From NCBI GenBank assembly GCA_963750165.1, contig CAVVPN010000003.1:1856001-1920000 (forward strand): a stretch of 64,000 nucleotides of DNA. The letters are read 5' to 3'. The stretch is from an uncultured Gemmataceae bacterium (GTDB lineage Bacteria; Planctomycetota; Planctomycetia; Gemmatales; Gemmataceae). The position numbers and the translations under genes were made by a program. This document shows, piece after piece, positions 28,915 to 39,087 of the stretch; position 1 is the stretch's first letter; every line of letters starts with the position of its first letter. Below the pieces are notes generated by a model. The model worked only from the letters and a program-made list of their open reading frames with translations, made no database searches and was not told the origin of the DNA.

Positions 28915-29017
28915 GGCGAGCGGCGCGGCGTCAGCCCGCCGGTACTTCAAAATACCGGCGCGGCGTCAGCCCACCGGTACTTCAAAATACCGGCGGGCTG
29001 ACGCCGCGCCGCTCGCC
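28915..29017. repeat. REP-like palindromic element with an internal 35-bp duplication
   Basis: GGCGAGCGGCGCGGCGTCAGCCCG...CGGGCTGACGCCGCGCCGCTCGCC enclosing two copies of CCGGTACTTCAAAATACCGG. Confidence 0.75.
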
Positions 29018-29041
29018 GAAGCATGAGCCACGCTGGGGGAC

Positions 29042-29926
29042 TTACCGATCCTTCCCCTTGTCTGATTCTTCCAGCACAGGCCGCGCCACCCGCACGCCGA
29101 ACTCACCCAGCGTCTCGAACGCGAAGCGGCGCACATCGTACCGCTTTTTGCCGTCGCCGGTCGAATACCCGGGGTCACGGAGCAGCGACTTCAGCAACTG
29201 GATGTTGTGGTCGTTCTTGAAGTGCTTCAGAATCCGCACTCCGGTCAGGCGGTTGTAGTATTCCTTCGACGCACACCACCGCCGGCCCTGCACCTCCAGG
29301 TCCGCATCCACGGGGACCGTCAGCAGGACCGAACTGCCGGCGTACAGTTTTTGGAACAGCTCCGTGCCCCACGGAACATCCAGCGTGTGCTGCTTCGGAA
29401 CCTGGCCCGTGGGGTGCAGGGCAGCAATGCGCTCGACGCGCTTCAGCAGGGCGGTCGGCTCGGTGAGGATTTTGAAATCGCGCGTGTAGACCGCACTGGT
29501 GCCGGACAGGCGCCGCAGCCCCTTGGCCAGCGGGAAGGCGTCAAAGCTGTTGCCGTCGTCGCGCAGCACCCACGGCACGTCCGCGGGCAAGCCGGGGTCT
29601 TTTTTCCGGCCGCGCTCGTTGCTGACCAGGCAGAAAAGCATGGGCTGTCCCGCCTTCTGCCAGTCTTTTGCGACGGGACCGTTGTAGCTGGGCAGCGCGA
29701 ACGTCAGCCGTTCGGCGGCGTTGCCCTTGAAAATCCGCGTCGGCCGCACCGTGACCACCTCGAACTTGCCCGCCTTCTCCACCTTGATGACGACGCCGAC
29801 GCCCACCCAGTCGGAGTCGGCGATGGCCCAGTCGATGCTCTCGGCGACCACGGTTTCGGAGCGAACCGCGGTCGGGACCAGGGCGCAGACGCCGAGCGCG
29901 ATCAGGATCAGCGGCGTGCGTGGCAT
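29042..29926 (-). CDS. Hypothetical secreted protein
   Basis: RBS AAGGAGG, signal peptide MPRTPLILIALGVCALVPTAVRS and a HEAT-like tail. Confidence 0.7.
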   Translation of the reverse strand: MPRTPLILIALGVCALVPTAVRSETVVAESIDWAIADSDWVGVGVVIKVEKAGKFEVVTVRPTRIFKGNAAERLTFALPSYNGPVAKDWQKAGQPMLFCLVSNERGRKKDPGLPADVPWVLRDDGNSFDAFPLAKGLRRLSGTSAVYTRDFKILTEPTALLKRVERIAALHPTGQVPKQHTLDVPWGTELFQKLYAGSSVLLTVPVDADLEVQGRRWCASKEYYNRLTGVRILKHFKNDHNIQLLKSLLRDPGYSTGDGKKRYDVRRFAFETLGEFGVRVARPVLEESDKGKDR

Positions 29927-30011
29927 GGCTTCCTCCTTCAGTGTCTGGCGGCTCTCTGGTTACCAGACGACGACCCCGGTCGTAAAGTTTGGTCGCGCCT
30001 GAGTAGGGGCG

Positions 30012-31193
30012 TCAGTTCTTCCCCTTCGGTTCCGGGCCGGTGCCGACGACCACTTCGGTCCCCTCGGTCAGGTCGCCGCCGACAACTTCCGTCACGGTGC
30101 CATTCGTCAGGCCGGTCTTGACGACCAGCGGCCGTACCAGGCCGCTCCTGTCCACCACCCACACCACCGGCCGCTTGGGGTTGATCAGCAGCGGCAGCGC
30201 GGGCCGATATTTTTCGACCACCTGCTGCGGCTGCGGCCGCCAGCGCAGCGCGGTGTTCGGCACCACCAGGGCGCCCTTGATCTCGCCCTGGAAACTCACC
30301 TGGGCGGTCAGGAACGGCAGCAGGGCGCCGTCGGCGTTGTCCACCTCGACCACCACGGTGAACACCGTCACGCCCTTGTCCTTGTCGAAGCGCGCGTTGA
30401 GCCGGGGTTGGTTGTCCGCGACGCGGCCCTTGAAGGTCCGGTCGGGGTAGGGCGCCACCGTGAATGTGACCGTCTTGCCGCCGGCCGCAGCGCGCACGTC
30501 CTGCTCCGGGACGGTGACCCACACCTGCAGCCGTCGCAGATCACTGGCGATGAGAAAGAGGCCCGGGGCGTTGCCGCTGGCGCCGACCTGCTGGCCGAGG
30601 TTGGCCCGGCGTTCGAGGATGGTGCCGGCCACCGGCGACCGGATGACGGTGTGGCTGAGGTTCAGTTCGGCTCGCACCAGGGCGGCCTTCTGCTGCATCA
30701 CCGTGGCCTCTGCGACGCGCACCTCGGCCGCGACCACCTCCAGCGCCGCCAGCGCGGCCTCCACGTCGGCCTTGGTGGCCGTCTTGGCCGCCTCGCGCGC
30801 CTTCACGCGCAGCAGTTCCTTTTCCGCCTGGTTGCCCCGCGCCAGCATCAGTCGCAATTCGGCCTCGGCGCGCTGCAGGTTCGCCTTGGCCTTCAGGACT
30901 TCCGCCTCAAAAGCGGTCGCGTCGAGGTAGGCCAGGACGGTGCCCTGCTTGACGACGCTGTTGAAGTTGATCGGCCGGTTCGGGTTGTTGGGGTCGGCGC
31001 CGAAGCGGTCGATGCGGCCAGCCACCTGGGCGCCGACCTCCGCCATCTCTTCCGGTTCGAGGGAGCCCGTCGCCCGGACGGTGGCCGGCAGCGTGGCGCG
31101 CTTGAGGGGGACGGTGTGGAAGGGGCTGTCGCCGGCGGTGGCGCTGGCCGCGGTCAGGATCAGGGTGAACAGGACGGCGAAGGTGGTTTTCAT
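30012..31193 (-). CDS. Efflux RND/MacA-type periplasmic adaptor subunit
   Basis: VRATGSLEPEEMAEVGAQVAGRI, coiled-coil hairpin, IRSPVAGTI, VPNTALRW. Confidence 0.88.
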   Translation of the reverse strand: MKTTFAVLFTLILTAASATAGDSPFHTVPLKRATLPATVRATGSLEPEEMAEVGAQVAGRIDRFGADPNNPNRPINFNSVVKQGTVLAYLDATAFEAEVLKAKANLQRAEAELRLMLARGNQAEKELLRVKAREAAKTATKADVEAALAALEVVAAEVRVAEATVMQQKAALVRAELNLSHTVIRSPVAGTILERRANLGQQVGASGNAPGLFLIASDLRRLQVWVTVPEQDVRAAAGGKTVTFTVAPYPDRTFKGRVADNQPRLNARFDKDKGVTVFTVVVEVDNADGALLPFLTAQVSFQGEIKGALVVPNTALRWRPQPQQVVEKYRPALPLLINPKRPVVWVVDRSGLVRPLVVKTGLTNGTVTEVVGGDLTEGTEVVVGTGPEPKGKN

Positions 31194-31217
31194 GATGGAT
31201 CTCCAAGGGTTGGCTGA

Positions 31218-31538
31218 CTATCCGGCCGCGTTGGCATTCCCACTCAGGATGCGAACCAGGATGCCGAGGATCTTCGCGGCACCCGGGAGGTAATATTCCT
31301 GGCGGTCAATCGTCAATTGAGCTTGAACCAGTCGCAAGAACCGCCAAACATTGCCGCTCGTGACGCACCCATAAACTTCGTCGGTAGTCGTCTTTGCTTT
31401 TTCGTTAAACACGCGGATGCCAGCCATCGCCGCGGCGCACTGGCCCAGGCCGCCGATGATGTCTTCCCGCTTGGCTTCCACGACGCGCTGGAGTTCCGCC
31501 ACGGCCGCCTCGACCGCCGCCAGCCGCTGTTCCGGCAA
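31218..31538 (-). pseudogene. Probable truncated gene: C-terminal half of a PD-(D/E)xK-like hypothetical protein
   Basis: VEAKREDIIGGLGQCAAAM...VYGCVTSGNVWRFLRL resembles the C-terminal part of a ~200-aa family. Lower GC than neighbours and no convincing start. Confidence 0.45.
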
Positions 31539-31599
31539 CAGTTCTGTAGGTATGATTCAACCTCCACTTCAACTTCGCACTGCATCGACAATGGCCCGC

Positions 31600-33354
31600 T
31601 CACGCCAGCTGCGCCTGCGGCCCCGGCTGGAAGTCGCGCACCTCAAGCTCCACCGACCGCCGCCCCTGCCATTCGTTGATCTTCGGCGCGAACACCAGGC
31701 AGCACTGCCCCCCCGCCGACATCAGCTCCTCCACACAATCGCCCATGCCGAACGCGATGGCCCGCAGCTCGCGCTGGTGCTGCCGCACGCGAAAGCTCAG
31801 GTGCCGCTCGCCGTTGCCGACCTTGCGCGGCTCGCCGACCACCTGCAGCTCGCCCGCCAGTAGCAGCGGCTGCGGATTGCCGGCCCCGAACGGCTCCAGC
31901 AGCGCCAGCGCGTCCACCACACCCGTCGTCAGCGCCGCCAGCGGCACCTCGGCGTCGATGGTCAGTTTCGGCACCGGCGGCTCCGTGAAATGACTGCTCG
32001 CCAGCGCTGCGAAGCGCTCGCGGAATGCCGGCAGCCGGCCCGGCTGCAACTTGAAGCCCGCCGCGGTCGCGTGGCCGCCGTGGCTCAGCAACTCCTCGCC
32101 GCACGCCGCCAGGGCCTCGTGCAGTTTGAAACCCGGCACCGACCGGCCCGAACCGGCCGCCAGCGTGCCGTCCTTGCTGGTCGCGATCATCAGCACCGGC
32201 CGGGCGTATGCCTCCATCAGCCGGCCGGCCACGATGCCGATCAACCCCGCGTGCCAGCTGGCGCTCGCCAGCACAAACGCCGCCGCCCCCGCCTTCTCCT
32301 GCTCCGCCGCCATCTCGCGCGCTTCCAGGTAAATCTTGCGCTCCGCCGACTGCCGCTCGCGATTCTGATCCTCCAGAAATCGCGCCAGGTCCGTGGCCCG
32401 CTGTGGCGACTGTGTGGTCAGCAGTTCCACCGCCAGCCGGGCGCTGCCGAGCCGGCCCGCCGCGTTCAGCCGTGGCGCGATCGTGTAGCCGATGTCGAAC
32501 GCGCCCAGCGTCGCCTTCTCGTGCAGGTTCGCCGCCTCCAGCAGCGCCTTGATGCCGACGTTTGGGCTCTGCCGCAACCGGGCCAGGCCGTGCCGCACCA
32601 GAATGCGGTTCTCGTCGTGCAGCGGCACCACGTCGGCCACCGTGCCCAGCGCCGCCAGCGCCACCGCGTCCAGCAATGCCTCGCGCAGCGGCGGGCTCAC
32701 CTTGTCGCTGCCGCAGTGCCGCTTGCACAGCGCCCACGCCAGCTTCAGCGCCACGCCCGCGCCGCACAGGCCGCCGAACGGATACGAGCCCGTCGCCAGC
32801 CGCGGATGCACCAGCAGCGCCGCCGGCAGCTGCGCCTTCGGCTCGTGGTGGTCCGTGATGATGAGTTCCAGGTCGAGCCGTTTCGCCTCCTCCGCCTCCG
32901 CGACGCTGGTGATGCCGCAATCGACCGTTACCACCACGTCGGTGCCGCGCGCCTTCAGCAGCCGCAGCGCCTCGACGTTCAGGCCGTAGCCGTCTTCGAG
33001 CCGGTGCGGCACATGGAAGTCGTAGGTGGCGTTCAGCAGCCGCAGCACCGTCAGCAGGATGGCGGTACCGCTGACGCCGTCCACGTCGTAGTCGCCGTAG
33101 ATGCAGATGCGCTGCTGTTTCTTGATGGCGCTCAGCAGCCGCTCGGCCGCCGCGGAGACGCCGGGCAACAGGTCGGGCTCGCGCAGGCCGGTCAGCGACG
33201 CCTGCAGGAAGGTAGCGGCCGCCGCGGGGGCGTCGAGCTTGCGGTTGAGCAGCAGCTGCGCCACCAGCGCGGCGACGTTCAGCGCCCGCGCCAGCCGGTC
33301 CACGGCGGCGGGGTCGTGCGGCAGCAGCTGCCAGGCTTTGTTGACCGTGCGCAA
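31600..33354 (-). CDS. recJ: Single-stranded-DNA-specific exonuclease RecJ
   Basis: IYGDYDVDG, VTVDCG, TDHH, LGTVADVVPL, APRLNAAGRL, GSGRS, GGHATAAG. TTG start after RBS GAGGAGG. Confidence 0.96.
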   Translation of the reverse strand: MRTVNKAWQLLPHDPAAVDRLARALNVAALVAQLLLNRKLDAPAAAATFLQASLTGLREPDLLPGVSAAAERLLSAIKKQQRICIYGDYDVDGVSGTAILLTVLRLLNATYDFHVPHRLEDGYGLNVEALRLLKARGTDVVVTVDCGITSVAEAEEAKRLDLELIITDHHEPKAQLPAALLVHPRLATGSYPFGGLCGAGVALKLAWALCKRHCGSDKVSPPLREALLDAVALAALGTVADVVPLHDENRILVRHGLARLRQSPNVGIKALLEAANLHEKATLGAFDIGYTIAPRLNAAGRLGSARLAVELLTTQSPQRATDLARFLEDQNRERQSAERKIYLEAREMAAEQEKAGAAAFVLASASWHAGLIGIVAGRLMEAYARPVLMIATSKDGTLAAGSGRSVPGFKLHEALAACGEELLSHGGHATAAGFKLQPGRLPAFRERFAALASSHFTEPPVPKLTIDAEVPLAALTTGVVDALALLEPFGAGNPQPLLLAGELQVVGEPRKVGNGERHLSFRVRQHQRELRAIAFGMGDCVEELMSAGGQCCLVFAPKINEWQGRRSVELEVRDFQPGPQAQLA

Positions 33355-33494
33355 GGTCCGCTCCCTCCTCGACGCGGTGACCGGTTCCGAAACACCAGCA
33401 TTATACCCGGGGCGGCTTTTCGCCGAGAGGGCAAGTCGCCACGACGGCGGTATAGTAAAAGGAGGTTCGATCACCGGCTCGCAGGAAACATCCC

Positions 33495-34232
33495 ATGCCG
33501 CTGCTGGATCATTTTCATCCGCCCCTGAGCGAGCGCCGCCCCTGGGAGTCGTTTCACGCCACCTGGTGCAGTTCCCTGGCGGACCACCTCAACCAGGATG
33601 TCCTGCCCGCCGAGTACATCGCCCTGGAGCAGGTCCACCCGGGCGCCGCCATCGAAATCGACGTGAGCGTGTTCCCCAAAGCCGGCCCGACCGGGGGCGA
33701 AGGCGGTGGCACCGTCACGCTGCCGCGAACCGTCTGGACGCCGACGGCCCCGCCGAGGATCTGCCCGGCCGTGTTCCCCGAACGGTTCACCGTCGAGGTC
33801 CACGCCACCGAGGGCGGCCGCACGCTGGTGGCGGCCCTGGAACTGGTCAGCCCGGGCAACAAGGACCGGGCCGGCAAGCGGCGGCTGTTCGCGGCGAAAT
33901 GCGCCACGCACCTGGCCCGTGGCGTCGGCCTGGTTGTCCTCGACGTGGTCACCAGCCGCCACGGCAATCTGCACAACGAGCTGATGCAATTACTGGACCT
34001 GGACGCGGCCCTGCACTTGCCGGACCCGATGTCGTTGTACACGGTCGCCTACCGACCACTCCAGCAGCCGGACGGCGGCCGCATCGAAATCTGGCCGACG
34101 CCACTGGCCGTGGGCGAGGAACTGCCGCGGGTGCCGCTGTCGCTGGCCGCGGACCTGTGCGTGGCCGTGGACCTGGAGGCCGCTTACCGCGACGCCTGCC
34201 GTCGCCGCCGCGTGGATGAGGCCGTGCGCTGA
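33495..34232 (+). CDS. DUF4058 family protein (Planctomycete PD-(D/E)xK-like)
   Basis: MPLLDHFHPPLS..RPWESFH, LVAALELVSPGNKDR, VDLEAAY. Confidence 0.8.
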   Translation: MPLLDHFHPPLSERRPWESFHATWCSSLADHLNQDVLPAEYIALEQVHPGAAIEIDVSVFPKAGPTGGEGGGTVTLPRTVWTPTAPPRICPAVFPERFTVEVHATEGGRTLVAALELVSPGNKDRAGKRRLFAAKCATHLARGVGLVVLDVVTSRHGNLHNELMQLLDLDAALHLPDPMSLYTVAYRPLQQPDGGRIEIWPTPLAVGEELPRVPLSLAADLCVAVDLEAAYRDACRRRRVDEAVR

Positions 34233-34317
34233 ACCGTTGCCGGGGGGCCGGTTGGCCGTGTCCCGCGGCGGCGCTACAATAGCAGCAGGTAATTTTTCTC
34301 CAACCGACGAATCAGCC

Positions 34318-35538
34318 ATGCCGCGTGACCTGTACGAAGTCCTGGAAGTCCAGCGCGACGCCTCCGACGAGGACATCAGGAATGCCTTCCGGCGGCTGGC
34401 GCGCCAGAACCACCCCGACCGCAACCCCAACAACAAGCAAGCCGAGGCCCGCTACCACGAAGTGCTGTACGCCTACGACGTGCTCAGCGACAAGAACCGG
34501 CGGCAGCAGTACGACCGCCACGGCGCCGCGGGGCCGCCGGCCGTCTCCCAGTGGGGCAACGGCGCGTTCAATTTCCAGAGCACCGATGCCAACGACCTCG
34601 CCGAGCTGCTCAAGCAGTTCGGTGTTGATGTGGGCGGCGCCGGCACGCGCGACACCGGCCCGGCCCTGACCATCGAGGTGCCGATCCCGCATGAGATGGC
34701 GATGCAGGGCGGCGTGCTGCCGCTGCGCGTCAACGAGTTGGAATTGGCCGTCAAGGTGCCGGCGGGGATCAAGGAAGGGCAGATGATGCGCCTCGGCGGC
34801 GTCGGCCCGGGCGGCGCGGACCTGTTCGTCAAGCTGCACGTCCAACCGCGGTCGCACTTCCAGCGCGAGGGCAACGACCTGGTCCTGGAGGTGCCGTTGA
34901 GCCTGCCGGAAGCGGTGCTCGGGACCAAAATCGACGTGCCGACGCCGGACGGCGCGAAGCTGCCGGTGATGGTGCCGCCGGGCGCGTCGAGCCTGAAACG
35001 GCTGCGGCTGGCCGGCAAAGGAAGCGACGGCGGCGACCAGCTGATCCAGCTCAAAATCCTCGCGCCGGCCGCCCGGGACGACCGCAGCCGTGAAATCATC
35101 GCCGAGTACAGCCGCCTGAACCCGCACCAGGCACGGCCGCGCGTCGGTTCGTTCACCCCGGACGCGCAGCCCTGGGACCATTACTGGCTCCGCGAAAGCA
35201 AGCCGCCCGTTCTGCGGCTGCCGTTGAGCCTGCCCGAAGCAGTCCTCGGCACCGAAGTGGCTGTTCCTCTGGTCGATGGGACGACCATTCCGGTAAAGGT
35301 GCTACCGGGGGCGGCGAGTGGCGAGCGGCAGCCGTTGCGGCGGCAGGAGCGTGGGGGCGGCCTGTGGGCCGCCCTGCGGCGCCGGCTGTCCAGGCGCAAG
35401 GGCGCTGAGCAGGGCGACCTGTTCCTCCAGCTGGAAATCGTCACCCTGGCCCCGCAGGATGACCGGAGCCGTGTGTTGATCGAGGAATTCGGCCGCCTCA
35501 ACCCGCAGCAGCCGCGCACCGGAGCGCCCTGGAGTTAA
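34318..35538 (+). CDS. DnaJ/CbpA-like chaperone with duplicated C-terminal substrate-binding segment
   Basis: J-domain with HPD and no Zn finger. [11 protein letters not shown] segment occurs twice. Confidence 0.85.
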   Translation: MPRDLYEVLEVQRDASDEDIRNAFRRLARQNHPDRNPNNKQAEARYHEVLYAYDVLSDKNRRQQYDRHGAAGPPAVSQWGNGAFNFQSTDANDLAELLKQFGVDVGGAGTRDTGPALTIEVPIPHEMAMQGGVLPLRVNELELAVKVPAGIKEGQMMRLGGVGPGGADLFVKLHVQPRSHFQREGNDLVLEVPLSLPEAVLGTKIDVPTPDGAKLPVMVPPGASSLKRLRLAGKGSDGGDQLIQLKILAPAARDDRSREIIAEYSRLNPHQARPRVGSFTPDAQPWDHYWLRESKPPVLRLPLSLPEAVLGTEVAVPLVDGTTIPVKVLPGAASGERQPLRRQERGGGLWAALRRRLSRRKGAEQGDLFLQLEIVTLAPQDDRSRVLIEEFGRLNPQQPRTGAPWS

Positions 35539-35632
35539 CCAGCGCTCGGTTCGCACTCGTGGCTGCCGACGTGCCATCCCTGGACTTTCTTCTCGATGCA
35601 GGAAATCAATCAACGCTGAAGTGAAACGACCC

Positions 35633-36541
35633 ATGCCACGCGACCCGTACGAAGTGCTGGAAGTCAAGCGTGACGCCTCCGAGGCGGACATCAAGAAGGC
35701 GCACCGCCGGCTAGCGCGCCAGTACCACCCCGACCGCAACCCCGGCGACAAGCAGGCCGAGGCCCGCTTCAAGGAAGTGCAGGACGCTTACGACCTGCTC
35801 AGCGACAAGCAGAAGCGTGAGCGCTACGACCGCTTTGGCTTCACGGAGCCGCAGGCGGGCACGCCGGGCGGCTTTCAGTGGGGCGGCGGCGGTATGCCGG
35901 GCAACTTCCAGAACGTCGATCCCAACGACATCGCCGAGTTGCTCAAGCAGTTCGGCGGCGGTGGCTTCAGCTTCGACATGGGCGACGGCGGCGCCCGCCG
36001 CCCCGGCCGAACCGGGGGCCGCCGCCGTCGGCCCGAGCCGGTCGAGGTCGAACCCACCGAGGTGTCCATCCCGTTCGAGACGGCGGTGCTGGGCGGGTCG
36101 CTGGCGTTGCGCATCGAGGACGCGGAGGTGAACGTCAAGGTGCCGGCCGGTGTCAAGGAAGGGCAGCGGGTGCGCTTGCCGGGCGTCGGGCCGCACGGCG
36201 AGGACGTGTACATCAAATATCACATCCTGCCGCACCCGCACTTCCAGCGCGAGGGCAACGACCTGATTCTGGAGGTGCCGCTCAGTTTGGCGGAGGCGGT
36301 GCTCGGGGCGAAGGTGGACGTGCCGACGCTGGACGGCACGAAACTGTCGGTGACGGTGCCGCCGGGCACGTCGAGCGGGGCCCGGTTGCGCCTGCGCGGC
36401 AAGGGCATTGCCGGCGGACACCAGTTCATCCAGATCAAGATCGTGGTGCCGGCCGCGAAGGACGATAAGAGTCGGGAGCTGATCGAGGAGTTCGCCCGGC
36501 TGCACCCGCAGCACCCGCGCAACGGCCCCCCGTGGATCTGA
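35633..36541 (+). CDS. DnaJ/CbpA-like chaperone (class B J-protein)
   Basis: J-domain [12 protein letters not shown]-rich region, [11 protein letters not shown]...[15 protein letters not shown]. Confidence 0.9.
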   Translation: MPRDPYEVLEVKRDASEADIKKAHRRLARQYHPDRNPGDKQAEARFKEVQDAYDLLSDKQKRERYDRFGFTEPQAGTPGGFQWGGGGMPGNFQNVDPNDIAELLKQFGGGGFSFDMGDGGARRPGRTGGRRRRPEPVEVEPTEVSIPFETAVLGGSLALRIEDAEVNVKVPAGVKEGQRVRLPGVGPHGEDVYIKYHILPHPHFQREGNDLILEVPLSLAEAVLGAKVDVPTLDGTKLSVTVPPGTSSGARLRLRGKGIAGGHQFIQIKIVVPAAKDDKSRELIEEFARLHPQHPRNGPPWI

Positions 36542-36551
36542 GGCAGCGCTC

Positions 36552-36926
36552 ATGTCGCAACCGTCGTTCCGCTTCCGGCCCGAGGAGCACCTGCGCCGGC
36601 CCGCCGACTTCAAGCGGGTCTACGACCGCCGCCGCTCCATCAGCGACGACTGGCTGATCGTCTATGCGTGCGAGAACGACCTGGGCCATCTGCGACTGGG
36701 CCTGTCGGTGTCGCGCAAGTACGGCCCGGCGGTGGAGCGCAACCGGCTGCGACGGCTGTACCGCGAGGCGTTCCGGCTGGCGAAGCACCACATGCCGACC
36801 GGGCTGGACCTGATCCTGATCCCGCGCAAGCCGGAGGAGCCGCCGCTAAGCGAGTTGCTGCATTCGCTGCCGCGGCTGGTCTTCCAGCTGTCGCGCAAGC
36901 TGGCCCGTGAGAGTAAATCGCCATGA
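36552..36926 (+). CDS. rnpA: Ribonuclease P protein component
   Basis: RLGLSVSRKYGPAVERNRLRRLYREAFR (RNR motif). Confidence 0.95.
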   Translation: MSQPSFRFRPEEHLRRPADFKRVYDRRRSISDDWLIVYACENDLGHLRLGLSVSRKYGPAVERNRLRRLYREAFRLAKHHMPTGLDLILIPRKPEEPPLSELLHSLPRLVFQLSRKLARESKSP

Positions 36927-37165
36927 TCGGCGCAGTGCTCGGGCGCTGCGGCGCCCTGCTGAGCGCGTTCCTCATCAGCGGCGTGCGCTGCTATCAAATC
37001 GTGCTGAGTCCGCTGTTGCCGCGCGTCTGCCGGTTCTACCCCAGTTGCAGCGAATACTTCATCCTGGCCGTCAAGCAGCATGGCCCGGTGCGCGGCGCCT
37101 GCAAGGGCGTCTGGCGCGTGTGCCGCTGCAACCCGTTCAACCGTGGCGGCTACGACCCGCCGTGA
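36923..37165 (+). CDS. yidD: Membrane protein insertion efficiency factor YidD
   Basis: YQIVLSPLL..CRFYPSCSEY...RCNPFNRGGYDP. Confidence 0.95.
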   Translation: MIGAVLGRCGALLSAFLISGVRCYQIVLSPLLPRVCRFYPSCSEYFILAVKQHGPVRGACKGVWRVCRCNPFNRGGYDPP

Positions 37166-37977
37166 ACGCGCCGGACTTCGACGCCCTCGCGCAGCGTCTC
37201 CGGCCCCGGATAGGTCGCGGCCAGGTCCAGCACCAGAAAGCGCTTGTTTTCCGGCAGCGCCCCGAACAGCACCGGACACACCTGGTTGCCGTGCTCGACG
37301 AAGTAGCCGCTCTCGTCGCGGTCGTGGCCGTGAACCACCAGGCGCAGCGGCAGCGCCGGCGTCGAGAGTTGTAGCAGCAGCCGTCCCGTGACCTCGGCGG
37401 TCTGGCCGTAGCTGTTCAGGAAACTGTCGAGCACGTGGGCCTGATACTCGTCGTTGACGCCCGGCTGGAAGTGAATGCCGTCCAGGTCCGCGAACGTCCG
37501 CAGCCGGTCGTCGGGCGAGCCGTGGCTGAGCAGCACGCCGCACGGGGCCGCGACCGCCAGCAGCGCCGGCTCGAACAGGCGGCGCAGGCTGCGGACGCCG
37601 GCGGCGCCGACCGCGGCGTTCAGGTGGGCGACCTCATCGGCGTGGAACTTGCGCGTGCGCGGCCCGCCGATGTGGCCGTGGTCGTGGTTGCCCAGCACGT
37701 ACAGCACGCGGCCGGGGTGCTCCGCCATCAGGTGCAGAATGCCCTCGACAACGGCCAGCGATTCGTCGAGGTAGCCATACAGGTCGGGCCGCTTGCGGGC
37801 GGCCTCGGGGCTGGGGGCGTGGACGGCGTCGCCCAGGATGGCCCAGTACGCGGTCTCGGTCTGGCGGCGCAGCGCGGCGAAGTGTGCGCACAGGCGGCGG
37901 AAGTCGGCGCCGTTGCCGTGCAGGTCCGTGCTGACCATCAGCAGGCCGCGGTTCGGGAGCAGGTGCCAGCGACGCAT
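37150..37977 (-). CDS. Calcineurin-like metallophosphoesterase
   Basis: TDLHGN, LGDAVH, LGNHD, SHG and HGHD motifs. Confidence 0.85.
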   Translation of the reverse strand: MRRWHLLPNRGLLMVSTDLHGNGADFRRLCAHFAALRRQTETAYWAILGDAVHAPSPEAARKRPDLYGYLDESLAVVEGILHLMAEHPGRVLYVLGNHDHGHIGGPRTRKFHADEVAHLNAAVGAAGVRSLRRLFEPALLAVAAPCGVLLSHGSPDDRLRTFADLDGIHFQPGVNDEYQAHVLDSFLNSYGQTAEVTGRLLLQLSTPALPLRLVVHGHDRDESGYFVEHGNQVCPVLFGALPENKRFLVLDLAATYPGPETLREGVEVRRVHGGS

Positions 37978-38089
37978 GGAGAGGCCCCGTTGACATGAGG
38001 CTGCCGCTGGCGGCCGTCCACAGCCACCGCGCAGCCCTGTCAAACAAGTAGAATATTTTCGGAGTTGAGGATTGCCGGAGGGGGCCGTC

Positions 38090-38377
38090 ATGAGCCGACA
38101 CACCACCCGCAAGGAGCGCTGGACGCAGATCAACGCCCGGGAGTACCGCTCCGCGTTCGCTGTCGTGCAGTACCGGGCCGGCGCCTGGGAGGCCACGGTC
38201 CTGTACCAGCGCCTGCTGCCGGGCAGCGCGGCCGACGGCCTGCCCGCCTGGCACGACGAGCGTGCGCCGGCGGGGCGTTTCAAGCGGCCGCGCAACGCCA
38301 TGATCGCCGCCGAGGAGAAGGCCACGCTGCTGCAGCGCCGCGATCCGGAGCAGGTGCGCGTCGCCTTCGATGGCTGA
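38090..38377 (+). CDS. Small hypothetical protein
   Basis: RBS GGAGG, GC3-rich codons and a TAGAAT -10-like element upstream. Confidence 0.6.
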   Translation: MSRHTTRKERWTQINAREYRSAFAVVQYRAGAWEATVLYQRLLPGSAADGLPAWHDERAPAGRFKRPRNAMIAAEEKATLLQRRDPEQVRVAFDG

Positions 38378-38383
38378 ATTGGG

Positions 38384-39087
38384 TCACGGCGTCCGGAATT
38401 CGGCGCACGGGCGTCGGCCGGGCTGTGGAGGTGTGCGGTGAACCAGTCCGCCGCCAGGCCGACCGCCTCGCCCAGCGCGTCGGGATCTTCGAGCCCCTGG
38501 GGGCCGCCGACGACCAGATCACACCGCCGGTCGGTGGTGCCAAGTTCCTCCAGGTGGACGCGGTTCAGGCCGATCAGCGATTCGTCACTGTCGCCCACCA
38601 GGAACAGGCTCGGCGCCGTCACGCGGGCCAGGGCCGACTCGGCCAGGTCGGGGCGGCCGTTGAGCAGCACGATGGCGGCGACGCCGTCGCGCCCGGCCGC
38701 GGCGGCGAGCGCCGCGGCGGAGGCGTTGCTGGCGGCGAAGTAGCCGACCGGCAGGCCGGCAGTCTCCGGCGTCGTGGCCAGCCAGTCGGTCGCGGCTGCC
38801 AGGCGTCCGGTCAGCAGGGGCACGTCGAAGCGGAAGCAGGCGATGCGGGCGTCGAGGCCCTGCTCCTCGGCGGTCAGCAGATTCAGCAGCACGGTGACCA
38901 GGCCCGCCTTGCGGAACTGGAGGGCGAGCAGACCGTCATGGGGCGGGCGCGGGATGCCGCTGGCGTGCGGGAACAGCACCACGCCGCGGGCGTCGGGCGG
39001 CAGCCCCAGGTCCGCCTCCAGCATCGCCTCCGCCGCGGGCACGCTCACGTGCTGCAACTGACTTTTGCCGACCCACGCCTGGAACAT
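38384..39087 (-). CDS. Dienelactone-hydrolase-like alpha/beta hydrolase (degenerate). True stop is probably the out-of-frame TGA at 38384.
   Basis: LNLLTAEE...RFDVPLLTGRL...LPVGYFAAS...GRPDLA..ALARVTAPSLFLVG...LAADWF. One missing base would put TGA 38386-38384 in frame. Confidence 0.7.

Noticed and set aside
28915..29017. Possible mini-CRISPR (two CCGGTACTTCAAAATACCGG copies)
   Set aside because: The spacer is itself part of the duplication and of the outer inverted repeat. No unique spacers or cas genes.
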